Of a DNA stretch of 64,000 bases, positions 1-14,884 are shown one piece after another; the first letter of the stretch is position 1, and each line of letters opens with the position of its first letter. Below the pieces are notes generated by a model. It was not told where the DNA came from, did no database searches, and was given only the letters and a program-made list of their open reading frames with translations. This stretch comes from Phoronis australis (Eukaryota > Animalia > Phoronida), in contig NMRA01000376.1 of NCBI GenBank assembly GCA_002633005.1, positions 217,564-281,563 on the forward strand. The letters are read 5' to 3'. The position numbers and the translations under genes were made by a program.

Positions 1-3000
1 CCTTGTCTTGGAATGGATTCCTAATTCATACCTCCATATCTTTGTCAATCAAGCATGAGTTCAGTTGAATCGTTTACAGCATGTATCTCTACCTGAACTA
101 TTACATCCATTGTGAAATATGTTGAACCAATTATGTAGCATCATTTTATTGCAAACTTTCTCTCAGTTTTTTGTCACAGAATCACGGCTACTGGGTCGCA
201 ATGGTTCGTTATTCCTGGTCACGGATAAGCTTGTAACACTTGGTGCAACTCCTATTTTATTCGTCTCAGTGTCTTTTTCTAACATTAAATTGCCCATGAC
301 TAGTCTGTTCTGCTCATAGGATTTCAATTGTGATGTCGTTATTATGTTGGTGTGTCAGTTTCCATGCATTTTTTCAACATTTGCAGGACTCCCACCTCAC
401 TAAAACGAGTAAGTGCAAAATCTCACAGGTTCGCTTTTCAGCGCAAATTTTGCATGATCGAAAATTCTCTGTGTACTAAGTTGTTATCGGAATGGTTTGA
501 AGACAATAAAACAAACGGCGTTGAATTAAACTGTAAGTTTTCAAAGTTATTAGCAAAATAACGACTATATGTTAATTCTCCTTCGATTTCTAATCACTGC
601 TTACAATTGTTCCGATCAAAGTAGTCATCCTTACAATGTAAGTTCAGTATGACAAAAAAGTTATGATTTCGCCAATTCTGCGAACAGAGGAGAAATGCCG
701 ATTGAACTAAATGCTATCAAGGTCAGCCTTGCTTTGTTTTTCAAGATTGTACCAGACCAGCAATGGCTTGTGGGTGACAGGGTGGTTCGCTTGTGATAAC
801 ATGCAAGTGTTATTGAATTTTTAATAGCTGTAATTAAGAGCAAAACTATCGATATTCGCTTTTCAGAATCAATGGAATACATTTAATGCATTTTGCTTGT
901 AGACCGAGATTACAGACAAGCTGGACAGTTGTTAATTATCGGAATATGTGTTGCTGTGGTGCTACGACAGAGTGACTAAAAAGGAAACACGTGTTCGTCG
1001 GTATTTTAGGATAAAAAGGATTGGTTAGTTCTGATTTGCGCGCGCATCGTTTTGAATCCCACTGCACTGTGTTTTAGAAAAAACGCTCTCAAGTATCACT
1101 GAAGTAAACTAGTCTGTTGGATTTCAAAAGACTACACGAATGATATGCTTTTTAGGTTTTCAAGCAGTACATTGTTGAATTAGTGGTATTTAAAGAATTT
1201 AGTGTAACAAAAGCTAGTAATCGTTTTGAATCCTAAACACCAATATAAACTAATTGCAGAGCTGACTAAAGAACAAAAACGACACCACTTCAAAGGACTT
1301 TAGTCAAACGTGTATTTTTGGCAAAATCGCTTAGAAGTACGTTGTCCCATCGTTTAGGAACCAACGTTTTACAGACACTGACTCATGTGACGTTCTTGGA
1401 CCTCTTTCTAGCTGAGGACATCTAGCGGCGAATTCTTGGAACAACCGTATTTACGAGGTATTGTCAGGTTTGAATAACCGATGACATCTTAGAAAACCTA
1501 TCATCAGAAAAAAAATCTCTTAATTTGTCTTTTTTCGTTTACAACTAAGTTTCTTTTTCTGAGTGGCGCGGCATTTCCTGTTTCATACGGTCATCGTTCC
1601 ATTATTGTTGTTACAGTGAAAGTTACGTGGAAGCCTAGAAAAATGTTCAAATTTGGCTCTAATTTAGGAACAGCGTATCTCAGAAATAAGAGATTAGATT
1701 CATATGAAACTTTCGGATACCATGCTTTGTGAACTGTTCTCCAAAATCCTGTTAGGTATTGTTTTAAAAATGTCCTCCTTTTGCATGAACAGCAGTCAAA
1801 ATTGAACTAGTGATTTTTCAGAAAGATGTCAAAAGTTGCACAAAAGGAAAACGAATTGGTATATTAGGAAACTGTAATCGCGTTTTATTATCAAAGTATA
1901 CGAAATAAGAAATGAAATGATGAGTTTGTAAGTATCTGTGGGTATATTATTATATAAAATATTGTCATCGTACAATGTTTCGTGAGCCAGAGGTCTTTGA
2001 AGATGAAATAAACTAACTAAAAGTAACAGCGCTTTTGAGATTTCATCTTGAATATTTATATCAAACGAAATGTTGTCATGTAATTGTTACCGTTGTTTTT
2101 GGTATAAATATACCTTTTTTTGATAACATTTATTGAAAAGACATGACCACGTGTCCCAATTAATGGGCGACTGTTGTGAAATTAAAAATCAAATACTATA
2201 GACTTTCTACTTTCTGAAAATATATACTATTATTACTATTAAGTTGAAATCAATGGTTTTGTTGTTATTTGGCTGTGGATAAGGTCCTACACATAAACAC
2301 GTAAATTTGTCATGCCATGCCTTTATGTTTTTTGCATTAAAATTTCACGACATACAGGTACCAAAATTTGCACACTGGTTGCTAAAAGTGTTTGAAATGA
2401 CTTAAAAGTCATATGTTGGACAGCATATCCATGGCAATAGAATTAAGTAAACATGTTAAATTCTGTCTCTCCACCTAATAGCTTCATTCCTGAATAGGAC
2501 TGTTTTGGTTTCCGGTGAAGCAAGTTTTTTGTCTTCAGCTTCCGGAAAGATCTTCACACTAGTACGTAGAAGAGGGTACTACCTTTCGGAACTTCGGCAA
2601 AAGCTCTTGGTCACGTGTGCGACTATCTTAATTTCTCAGAACACAGAAAGATCAGGGAAATCGAACGTTCTATTTTTCCTTGGCAGGTCTTCGGGTCACA
2701 CTGTCTGTCATCGCAAAACAAAAGGTCTTAGCAAGAGACTCACAGGAAGATAAAAAATCCGAAGGAACTTGCAAAATCGCCAAAATGAAAAGCGAGTGTT
2801 TTCCGAATACGAACTAGACCTTACTAACCTGTCCTAACAAAATTGTGGCCATTGAAGTGTTTGGTCGGGGTGGTTGGAGTGTTGTCTTGTGCGATTGAAT
2901 TCGTTGTTTCCTTTCTATAAGCGAAGATTTTCTGCTTATGTAGAGCAAGCTAGTGTCTTGCAGTTTACAAAACTCATCCCTGGACCCCAGTTTCCACTTC

Positions 3001-6000
3001 CTGATTATAGCCCCAAGGAGGAAAATGTCACACACGTGACCAATTACTTTTGTAGAAGATCTGAAACGTAGTTCCGACAGCATTTAGTAAGTCTTCAAAT
3101 AAGTTAACCGTTTTAACTGTGTGATCTTGGTGTCTATCTCGGTATTGGGTTGTTTTCCCAGTTGGAAGGATTTTATGTTGCTTGGTCCCACAAATTGTGG
3201 TAAACATGAGCTTCATAGTATACCCTTCAGTTTCACTTGGTTATATACTATTCTCAAAGTGATTGAAAAAACATCATTACTACCATCAAGATCATCATAG
3301 CTATGACATAGAAACAATATAATAAGGACGCCATGTCGTCCCACCTATGGGTCTCGAATTTCGTACTATTTAATTGAAATTAAGTTCTGTTAATCCTGAA
3401 TATATATAAAAATTTCCCTTCGTTGTCAAAAATGAACCAAAACGCTAAGATCGTTTAAAACTTCCATGCTTTGGTCACAGCGCCACATGGTGGCACTTTA
3501 TGTCACATAACTACCGCGTCACACTGAGCTCCAGAAAACAGTGAAAATAATTGATTGTCACCTGAAGGAGTGGGGCATTCGAGGGATAACCGTGTGGCGT
3601 TCCGTATTCTTGCGAGAAAAACAAGATCATACAAGACGACCCAAAATCACCTTCGAGACCTTACCAGCGTAACTTAGGAGATGCAACTAAATTGTTTCTT
3701 GCCAGACTAGTGAGATAACGGGAGTAAAAAGCGATTGTTTTGCGAGTAAGCGTAGACTAGCACAGAGAGCAGGCTATTACGCTCTTCACAGAAAATGAAC
3801 TTTGCGTTATAGCTTTATATGCAGTCCGTTTGCCACCCGCAACACCTCGTATTTTTTAAAAACTTCAAATCATTAAGTATCTCATGATGCAACACTGGTC
3901 GTTTGACTTACATTTTTTCATTCTGAACACTGCAACTTAAGTTGTTTCCGCGCAACCATAACTCTTATAAAACTGAACAAATTAGGGTTTTCAATATTGA
4001 GAATGGCTTGCCGAAACTGAGAGTTTGTCTGCTAGACTTCATTTGGTTACCATGACAACTTTTCTTAGAAATGAATTTTATTCACTTCACAAGGCTAAGA
4101 GCATTTGTACTTAACAAACTATGGGTATCGAGGGGGAACTTTATTTTAAAATGTTGCCAGTTGCGTTTATTAAGCATCACTTTTAGTATATCAGTTCAAG
4201 TAATATATGGTTTGACAACTACAGGAGAAAATAAATTAATTTTTCTATGATCACTAAGTTGTCGTTTTTTGTCTGTGAAAATTAGTTTGGGTAATTAATA
4301 GATTTCTTTCTTTCATAAATTCAGTTGTTGTTTTTCTAAGTTTTCTATTGTTTTTTGCATTGACCTACCAAATTAGAGATGATTTAGTACATCTGCTGCA
4401 TGTAGTATCGTTTGTTGTTATTTAGTTCCTTTAAAATTGAAGACCGTTACAGGGCGGTTCTCTCCAGTTCTTGCGGTGGGAATGTAGCGACCTCTGTGCA
4501 GGTGACTGATATTAAATGAAAAGAATTAATGTAAGTTTTAGAGATCTTTAATTAAGAATCCATTCAAATTCTTAAGAGTACAATACTGAGGCAATTGAGA
4601 TTAAATGGACTCCATTGAACGCGTAGTCATTTGAGACTGATTGCCAAACGCGCACAAAAGAGCATAGAGTCCTTTCACTTGTAAGACATCAGTTCTAACA
4701 ATCGTGACGAGAAGTAGATTTTGCAATAGAATTAAGCACTGTAGACAACCGCTGTTCTACTTCGGGCTACAGTTTGTTAAGTCTCTATAGTGCTTTTAGT
4801 ACGCATATACATTATGTAATCCGCTTTATGCGTGCTCTGATCGAAACCTCACTTGTTGGACGCTGTTTTGACCAGGTGTTGAAGTTGACACTCGGTCCAG
4901 CTAACTATATTTGATCACTCGTTAAAACATGAACTCTGCAGTCATCTCGTGGTGCGAACACATTTGTAATGTAGAATCTTTTGATTTCTCAAGTCGATAG
5001 TTATTGACTTAAACGCGATGTGTTTACCCCACTCGCTACTGTTACACCTCGCCTTTAATGGAACTATTATGAGAGCCTCAGTTTTTAGCAAATTGAGGCA
5101 CGCGTATTAAAACATTTATATTTTATTTGGTAAGTCTTTATATCAACAAAAGGTAAGTGGTAACAGCCCAGTTTCCTCTTTTCATGAAACGGATTCATTA
5201 TCTTCTATTTACAACTCGCATTATATCACAGTTAGTGAATTAGCATTGTCGTTTAGCTCCTAAATTCACAATTCAGTTTTTGTCGCTTGCACTATTCTCT
5301 AGTAATGCGTTATTGTAAACGCACGAAAAGGTAACATCTTGAAAACCTTTGGATAAGTTTTCTCACGAAAAAGCGATGAGATCTGTTTAGTCGAAGACAG
5401 CGTGCTAATCTGTTTACTCTCTAGGCCTCAGTGTTGGGTCTATTTGTTATTAAATTAAAAGGTTATTTCATAAAACTTGGCAATGATTACTACCACACAA
5501 AGTGCGCTGGCGCCATTTGGCCCACTTTGAAATATCAAATGGCGATCATCATACTCTTTACTGTTGCGTAAGACACAACATTTGAAAGTTTTGAGATATG
5601 GTCTTTTTAGCGTGAAGTGTGAAAAGTCTAAATACAAATAAACATTCTCTATATATGACCCACAGAGTTAATGACGTCAATCGGATGCTTGATCAAATCA
5701 GGAGGTCTTTAAAAAAGTGTACTATACACGCATTATTGGTTTTGTGAAAAATCTACTGTAAACAAACTCAGAAATGCCACGCTTTTGGCACAAAATGCTG
5801 GTCACATGAATTTCATAAAACTGGTTCTTCGTAGTCACAACAGATGTTGGCGGATTGACATAAATTTCTCAACTACTGAGTTTTTGGGAGGATGCGAGTG
5901 CTGCACAAACCAGAACATTAGACTGCAGTATTGTTAACAGTGTTTGTTTCCTGAAAATGTGTAACTTTGCGGTACCTGTTTAATTTTCAACAAGTAAAAC

Positions 6001-6805
6001 ATATCGATCCATGCAAATTATGAATCAAGGGCGCTAGTTAAAATACGCAAGTTAAGTCGTTCATACATTACCAATTAAGTTGACGCATGACTTGCGAGAG
6101 TTAGATAGATGAGGCTTAAAATGTGTTTGTATTGTAATCCGTTTAACGTGTGAATTTATACTTAATTAAAGTACAGTCTGGTAATCTCTCTGACGAATTA
6201 AGGTGAAAATGAGATTAACACGAAATCTATCTTCCCCAAACGCATGTTCGGGTTATTCAATTGTGTTAATCCTTACTTAGAAATAAATTATCTTGCTGTG
6301 ACTTTCTAGTTTTTGGCATCTTTGTTTGTTGGTTGGTATGATTGTTTGTGTATCTACTTAATTATTACTATTTGACGTAAATAATAGTATTTTGTTCTAT
6401 TGGACTTATACAGAAAGAATGGTGGCCAACTCAAAACATGGATTAATCTGTTAATTCGAGGGTCGGATTATCCGTCTAACTGTTGACATACAATTCATTT
6501 TGCATCGTGTTAACAACACAGACCAAAATTCTTTGATCACGATAATAACTGTAGCAGGCCAAATGAAATTAAGTTTTGCTTTGATTTTATAGAAGCAGCA
6601 GAATGTATTAGTCGTGTGTTTTTAATAATCATATGACTTAAAACCTCACCTATGACCACTCCTGCTTACGATAGATGTTAGAATCAAATTGTGATTTTGT
6701 CTATTCTTACTCTTAGATTTGGCTTCCATCTATGTGAAAGAAAAGAAATGTGAACTTCTAAAACTTGTGTATTTGGTCCTTTTTCGCGTACTTTATCCTT
6801 CTTTG

Positions 6806-6813
6806 ACACACAC

Positions 6814-6862
<49 letters not shown>
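6806..6862. repeat. (CA)n microsatellite
   Basis: About 28 units with one CG interruption. Confidence 0.98.
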
Positions 6863-6863
<1 letters not shown>

Positions 6864-9836
6864 GCACTGGAAACTCGCGAGAAAGCTGCTTTTACAGAAC
6901 GGAAACGAATTTAAGACCAAAACTAAATTAATAAAAAATTATTCCCAAATGGTATTTATTCTACATAACGTCTTGTTTTTGAAATGAACAGATCAAAAAT
7001 TGAATGTTCAATCTAATTTTCAAATTTCTGGAGATGTACATGTACATGTACAGCACCTACAAAATGGCCGCGACACCCAATTCATTGACGCTGAACTTCA
7101 CGTGTTAAAAACTCAAACACGATAGTAAAAAAAGCAACTTAGATCTGCTGGGCAGTAACTTTTATTTATTTTTAGTGATGGTTTCTACTCTTCCACTGGT
7201 GATATCCAAGCTCTATAATAGCAAGGGAAAGCTTGTCGTTAAAGTTATATTAAGCACTACATGGGCGGCACAAAAATTTCCAACTTCATAGTAAGATAAA
7301 ATGAGTATAACACCTGTTAACCTGCTATATTTCACGACTCCATTTTTGTGACGATTGTAAAATTAAATCGAATCATTCGACACTCGCCATTATGCGAAAC
7401 CGGATGTCCCAAGGTAATAGTCATATTACCTAAACAGTGCTCAATTTAACTTTAGAACTTATTATTTCGCTGTTGGCAAACAGGTAGTAAAATAAAAGTT
7501 AATCCACCAAATTCGATGTATTCCTTCCGTTAAATGTTTACTACATTCAGTAAAGTTCGAGCCGCAAAACGCACTAAATGTTGGTGTCGGCACAGACCAA
7601 AAGTAGCATGCGATTATTGCCTAACTTAAAGTCCATTTTTCTACGAGCTATTATTTCTGTTTTGTGATAAAGTTCCTGTCTATTTTTTAGTTTTTGTAAG
7701 TACGTGTAATAGTATACAAAGATGGGAGGACTGCATCCCGAAAACCAAAGCATAAGTATCATAGTAGGTTGCACTTATAACGAAAACAATTTTTTTTGAG
7801 AAATGACATTGTCATTTTTTGAGAAAAGTAAGAGATTAAGCATTAGAAAAATCCGAAAAATTAAACAATGTTCTTTTAAACGAACAGACAAGAAACCTCT
7901 GCTTTGCTTTTCTTCCATTAGTAACCCGTAAACACACTATAAACAACAATTCTACACATTTAATGTCGTTTGTCAAAAAATAGTTTTAATTTAGAAATCT
8001 TAAATTATTCCTTACTTAGCTTGGATGTGATTTCTGTGCTTGGAAAGAAATGAGAGACCATTATCGCTTGAGACTGGGTTCAAAACATTGCTGTTTTGAT
8101 TGGGACTTGACAAGACTTGTTGGTTTGTGTGCCGATCACGGTCTCCAGTAATAACGAACTGTTCAGTTTTCTAATGCACAGAAAGCACCACTTTTATAAC
8201 CGTAGGTAGTCTTAATCATAAATTACCTTTGGGTAGAAGGCGGGCACATACTTGTAGCATTGTAGGCGTTATTTTCAATAACACGGCTCGTTTGCCCACG
8301 TTCCTAATTTAACGCGGACAGACTTCCAACGTTACTGTACCTGTCTTGTATAAGTCTACTGCTTCATTTTACATGCCGTGGGGCAAAATCAACTGGAATA
8401 TCTAAAATGTCCTAATTAGCATACTTACGAGATGTACTGTAACTAACAGGGATTTTGAAAGATGGGCGGCATTCTTATTCATGGGAAGTTTGTAGGCGAA
8501 ACTGGGCGAAGTGAGCAATTTCGATCACACGTAATCCTCGGCAAGAGGACTAGTAATAGGTGCACGTAGCTTAAAAGACACTCGATTACTGTGACACGAA
8601 TTCACACGGGAAATTTGGGGAATTAAAAAATTGAGTAATCCATTCTGTATTTGAGAGCGAAGAACGTCATAAACATTGAGGTGTTTTATCAGTTCTCTGT
8701 GTAAGTCTGAATATCAGGTTATGACAAATTAATTTAAATTCTGAAGCGTTTTCTTGAGTCCCTGATGGTTTCGATACTCTTACTGGTAACGGGGATAGAA
8801 TTCTATCACGGTAAGGCGTATTATGAGACTGATTTTATGAGAGTAAAAAAGCCAAATTTGATTTTCGTCTTACGCAGCTAAACAAGACGAAACGCAGCTT
8901 TAAGTACGAACCTCAAAGACGCTCCGTCATCCTTGTCAAACGTCAAAAGTAAGCATCGTGTTTCAAAATTCTTTACAATCTCTGTTAAATCGGCAAGCGT
9001 GACTCAACTGCTTTTCCCGAGTTAATCAAGGGTTCTGAGGGAAAGACTATATACTCCCCTTGCACCATTTTGTGACTCGCTCAATATTTCAGTTGAATAG
9101 TGTTTTACTTCTCAGACTAACTAATTGCATGGTAGCATATGAACGAGCCTAAACGGGTGAATTCACTAAAATTGGATAAGTGTCTATTTCACGATGTCAA
9201 ACTTCAGCCTCCTTATGCCACAGGAGCTGGTGCAACGTGCCCGTAAAAATACAATTACAACAAACCAATTCGCCTTTCATCTGTACGACATTTGGGAGGA
9301 AATCGTATCTGCCAATTCATTGCCATTCAACTAAAATGTGATTACAAGTTCAACAGACCGTTCAGTCTCGTTAATCGTAACGTGTAATCAAGTACTCAAA
9401 ATTCTTGACAGAATTTTCTATGACTGTGTTGTCACCCAACACTGTTTTACAGGTGGTCTGAATTGTTTTTATCGTTCATAGGTGACAAATAAACCTCAAA
9501 AAACACCAATGACATTGATATACGAACATCAGTTGACAAGGCGGACATCAATTGTGAATGAAAGTCGTTGTTGGAGTTAATACCAATAGACAGGAATGCT
9601 AAAAGTTAATTTCAATTTTACAAAAGGCAGACGGTGTCGATAGCATGCAATTTAAAATGAATTAGACTCTATTTAAGATCGTGGCGATAATTATAGTGCA
9701 CTAACTTTATAGGCATAAGTGTTTCTTTCTTTGCACGAGTTGCAATATGTTATTTAAATGTATTTTTGTCTGAAAAAATGGCCAATGTTTGGAAAAATGA
9801 TTGAAAAACGAGCATCTTCTATGAAATGAGAAGCAA

Positions 9837-10210
9837 GCTGATCAACACGGCTCACGCACTTATATGTATGAACACTGTTAAACTCGGCTCACGAACTTAT
9901 ACACCGAGTTCACTGAGTCACAAATTACGCACTCAAAAAGCCCTTCTCATGGATACAAGTCCTTTAACAACCACGTGGGTGAGCAGCAAAAACTCTGTGG
10001 GTTTTGTTTACTTGAGTCGGAGTCGTGTTTGTGGTCCTTGAGTCGTGCTTGCTAGAGGATGCAAGTCCGTGAGTCTTGCTTTTTGGATACTGTAAGCCGA
10101 GTAGTTTTGCGAGTGCGGGCAAAAGTTTTTGAGTAAGTGAACTGAGTTTACAGGTCCGTGAGCTAAGTTCAGTTATGTCCGTGAGTGCGTGAGCGGTATT
10201 GCTGGAGTAG
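9837..10210. mobile_element. Old fold-back element/MITE with about 100-bp diverged inverted arms
   Basis: CAACACGGCTCACGCACTTA at 9843 matches the reverse complement of 10182-10201. The + and - ORF translations share NTAHAL...SRT...SSL..KL. Confidence 0.7.
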
Positions 10211-13200
10211 CCCGGATGCACAATTCAATATGGCCGTGTTAACTAACAGTAAATAGAGTTTTTTGGTAACTTGCGTCGTGCTTTTTACATTGACGAATGC
10301 GTTCCAACAATGTTTGGGTTGTGCTGACATATCATCAATAAAATTACGCGTAACGAGGATACCTGAAATGAACAATGTCTTATTTCGAAGAACACAAATG
10401 CGCTCGTATTTGCAGTTCTGCCATTTATAGTGCAGGCCCAAGTCGATTCTTCGTGAAAAGGGAATACTTTCAAATTGACAAACTGAAACTGGCACAGAGG
10501 CTCTCATCAAACCTTTGTCAGAGCTACAACGTATCTCATTAGTGTGATTATTTTTTTCATTCACGGCGATCGTGGTTATTGGATAATGAGTTATCCAATT
10601 ATCGGAATTAAAAACACCACCATCGGGATTTGTAGACATTTTGTCATGAAAATGTGTGAGTCGAAATAACATTGTGTAGCTCGTTTTCACTGTTATCTAA
10701 TTATAGTCACACCAATTTGGGCGCGTAGGGAAGTTTTGCGTAGAATGTAGTAAAATAGTTGGCTTAATTTAATTAGTGTAAATCTCAGGCTGGTTTCCCA
10801 ATCGCCAATCACCTTAATTTGTGTCGCGAATCCATCACTGTTATCGGATAACGAAGTAATTACACGACTCATAGTACTACGCGTTCCCTTCATTTTAATT
10901 CATGTCTACAGTCAAACGATTTGACGGCTGAGTAAGAACCAAATCCCAAAACAATTCTTGGGTTTCATTAAATTAAACGCGCACATTTTTCTACTAGATA
11001 ATACATTTTATCGATTTCGCATGAGAATCTGGCGTTTATCTTGATTTTTGTATAATAATCAATTCAATTTAACGTAAAGAAGTACTCCCAAAAATACACG
11101 ACACAGTGGACACGGCAAAAAATATCCCACAATTTAACTTTGAGTGACGATAATGAGATTACATATCTAGTTCATTACACTACAAGAAAGTATTCAAAGC
11201 TTAACGCTACATTTTCTACTACTTAGGTATACGTACAAGCATCGATGATGTTGTACAGAAAATCGATCCTCAAACATGCCAGCTGGTGGTTTTCTCGGCT
11301 ATGTTCCCCGTGTTTAACACGCAATATCGTGCTAAAAACTTTAAATCGTAGGTATCGAACATGTTCTAATTAATTTTCTCCTTTGATGGTAAATAGATGG
11401 CGGGGTTCAATTAACTGAAGAGCTGATTAAGTTTTTCTTCAGCTACGCACGTCAGCTTTATAAACATCAACGTGACACCAGTCGAGAGTTGAAACATAGT
11501 CAGTTTCCCATCCCGGCAAGACCACTCGCATGCTCATACTCTGTCGGATCCCAAAGCACTCAACTTAATTCGCTNCCCCCCCCCCCCCCCTTCATCTCCC
11601 TTCAATTTCCCTGTTACACTTCACGTGGTTGTCCTCCCTACTAGTCTAAAACCTAATCGATCCCCACCTACATCGAGTTATCATTCTTTCTCATAAATGG
11701 CGTTTTCCTTATAAAACCGAGTGAACACACACAAACAGCCTCAAGTAATTTTATACGGTAATGTAAATTCTAACTGCTACTAATTCCGTTTGTTTCCTCC
11801 TTAGATACCAAAGCGACATTTTGTCGTTAACGGAACTGAAGCAAGGAGAACCGAGACGGAACTGCACAACAAAAGGAAAATTATATTGTGTTAGGAGCAG
11901 TTAAATCAATAAATTAAATTATTAAGATATTTAAATGGTACATTAAAGCTTGCCCTAAATATTGCCTTGACAAACAAAAATTTGGCTTTTATCTTGATCT
12001 ACCTTGAGCATATTAGCCAGTCAACATTCAACATATCTTAAACATGCAAAGACCCCACTGATCGGATATAATGTAAACAGTGTAAAATACCATTCAAATA
12101 TTGTAAAATCGCATTTGAGATTATAGTTTTTGATGTGTTGATAACTAAAACTCTAGTATCAGGTCACAAACATTGTGAAACAAACTGTCTCTCTAACTGA
12201 GCGATAACGAAAAAATGTGCGTCCTAGTCTAGACTTTGGCTTTGCTATTCTGTATTTCAAATGTCAAACTTAACAAAAGTACATTTTGTGATCGTGAACC
12301 TCATTTAGACACTCGTACTTTCAGAAAATTTCTAGTTTATTTTGGCATTTGATTTTAGGAGTGCAATGAATGTTAACTGTCAGTGCGTCATTGCATGAAT
12401 ATGGGGATGACGGGACCTTTTATTGAAGTGGCCCGAAAACAACCAAACACTTGCGAATCCAATTACTAGATGGGGCTCCTCTTGTCATCCGCCACATTAC
12501 GTGGCTTGAGACTCCAGAAAACAGGATTACAATGCAGAAAGTACTGTAGACGTAATCATTTAGCGGTGATATAAATCCCTTTCCACACTTAAGCACAGTT
12601 TTAAAGGCTTCAGTCTTCTGTAGATTAATTTTGTTACATATAATTCACAATAATCGCCATTTTCACGTGTCTCCACAAGTGACACCTGTCTCGAACGTTT
12701 CCAGAAATTTTGTTTTTTGTAGGCCAGTATTCATTTACGTGTATGGCTTTGGTGATCGCTTGTAACTGATGTGGAAAATTAAGTATTTTCAAGCAATTCT
12801 TCATGTATGATGAATGAAAAAGCAATAAAGCATTGAATCTTGAGGTGAAACTCGTAGGCGAAAATGACGACGGAAGAGTGATATATTTTCGGGTTCCATT
12901 ATAATTTCTGACTTTCTTATGCAGCTACTGCATAGCGAGTCTCTTTCTACTATGATTGTTGTCTCGTTATGAAAACACGAACGCGCATGGCTGCTTTCGA
13001 ATGCCATGCATGTGGTTTCCTGTTCATTGCATGTCACACGTCCGTTTCTCCTTAAGACAAGAATGGCTATACCAATAAGGTAGAAAGCTGTTTGTTGTAA
13101 AGATTATAATACATGTCAAGTTTTACATTCAAATAACCAACACCTATATTTACAAGTATTTTACAATTAGCAAAAGCATTATGACTTGTCAACCCTTTAT

Positions 13201-14505
13201 CAAATAGTATTGACAAGTTAATCCGGATCAGTTAAAAAATTCATGTTTAATGCGACTTAACGGACCGGGATACACTAGATGGCTAAATACGCGAATTCAA
13301 GAAAGAAAGTGGGTTTATAAACTTAAGTCGATATTTGGGATTAGATTACAGCCGATTAAACACAGCGTACACTTCTACAATTACTGTCGTAAAAAGCTAC
13401 GAAACGTTTGTCAGTCACTTATGTGAAAGTTAGAACTTTCATTATATTCTGTACAATATCGATGCTCTAGCAAATTGTTTAGTGACTTCCTATGGATTCC
13501 TTTTCAATTTACTGGTGCCGTGAGTTAAGGAAAGCTGTTAAATGGGAAAGAGTTTAAAAATAACAATCGTATTTTATTTTACAAATATCAAACTTATTGA
13601 TTCAATTTCCTCTTGTTTCCATAGTGGCTCGCTGTATTTGAGTACACGTCACTGCCTTCTAATTTTCGTCTTTGTATTCACGATATAATAGAATTGAAAG
13701 TGCATACGGGATGGCATCGAACAAAAAAAAATGGAGAAAATTTGTCAACAGTGGATTTCACGGTATCTCTGTTCGAATTGGTAACACGATCTGTTTAAGA
13801 TACACGCAGCTGAGAGGGTTTTAGAACTTGAGTGAAGAGGTCGTTGTACAGGGTGACAGCGCTCATGTATTATGAGCGTTACTACTTGTTAGCGCATCTA
13901 CTGTTTAGCAAGATCATGACCCCAAGTTGTCGAACTTATCCATCAAACAATGTTTTTGTGATGCCGAACGCTCGCACGTATAGTAAAGTTTGTTCAAAGT
14001 CGAACAAAAATGTTTTAAGCCGTCTTTTTCCGTATTTTAAAGGCTTGCTGATTGCATTTGCTTTGTAGTAAGTTTTGAGAGCATAAACTATAAACTTTGA
14101 TGACGAAGAAACCTAAGATGAAACGAAATTTTCTGTTGGCTTATTTTTGCAGAAATAATGATGAACAATCATTTCAATTTTTCGCCCTTATGTGTTTTGA
14201 AGAAACTTTACCAAACCTTTAAACATAAGACACACATAATACTTGCGTTAATCGCAGAGGTACGCAGTCAAAATAGAAAATATAGAAACATTTTCTCATT
14301 GTTTTATTTTGGTTGAGTAGAGTTAAATTTAGTTATGTGGAGCCTATAACGTAGTTCACAAAACTGATAGATCTGCGGTGCGTGACAATTGAAAAAAAGC
14401 AGAAATTAGAACGAGAAGTTCCTGTCATTGCTTTTCCATTCTCATGAAGGACACAGCGGCATAGTACGCGTGTGCAAAAAATACATCATATACCGCACCA
14501 CGTTT

Positions 14506-14612
14506 NNNNNNNNNNNNNNNNNNNNNNNNNNNNNNNNNNNNNNNNNNNNNNNNNNNNNNNNNNNNNNNNNNNNNNNNNNNNNNNNNNNNNNNNNNNNNNN
14601 NNNNNNNNNNNN
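14506..14612. other. Assembly gap (N run)
   Basis: 107 consecutive N. Confidence 0.99.
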
Positions 14613-14884
14613 TCTGTTTCATGAAAAGCGACTTACGAGTTAATGAAAAATTTGGTCTTACGCCCCACGTAACTGTTTTTGAAAAATAATCAAATCTCAA
14701 TTGAGTAAAAATTCAAAGACTCTGGGAACTTTCACATAACTGCTAGTTACTGAGATAATTTCCACAAATTATTTTTATTCTGCAACGCGCTCATTTTCAC
14801 GAGGCTAATTTTTTCAGCAACCGCGAAGCGAAAACGTAAGACCAAATTTGTGTCGCAAGTCTTAAGTCACTTTCATAAAACAGA
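14613..14884. mobile_element. MITE with long TIRs, left end abutting the assembly gap
   Basis: TCTGTTTCATGAAAAGCGACTTA...AAATTTGGTCTTACG versus CGTAAGACCAAATTT...TAAGTCACTTTCATAAAACAGA. Confidence 0.75.

Noticed and set aside
160-350. About 60-codon open stretch on the minus strand near the window start
   Set aside because: Bounded by stops, with no recognisable homology or clear splice sites.
7033-7052. (TGTACA)3 as clustered Irx ACATGT sites
   Set aside because: A common simple repeat; no independent support for function.
10169-10690. 173-aa minus-strand ORF
   Set aside because: No recognisable domain or splice context; overlaps a fold-back repeat; probably chance.
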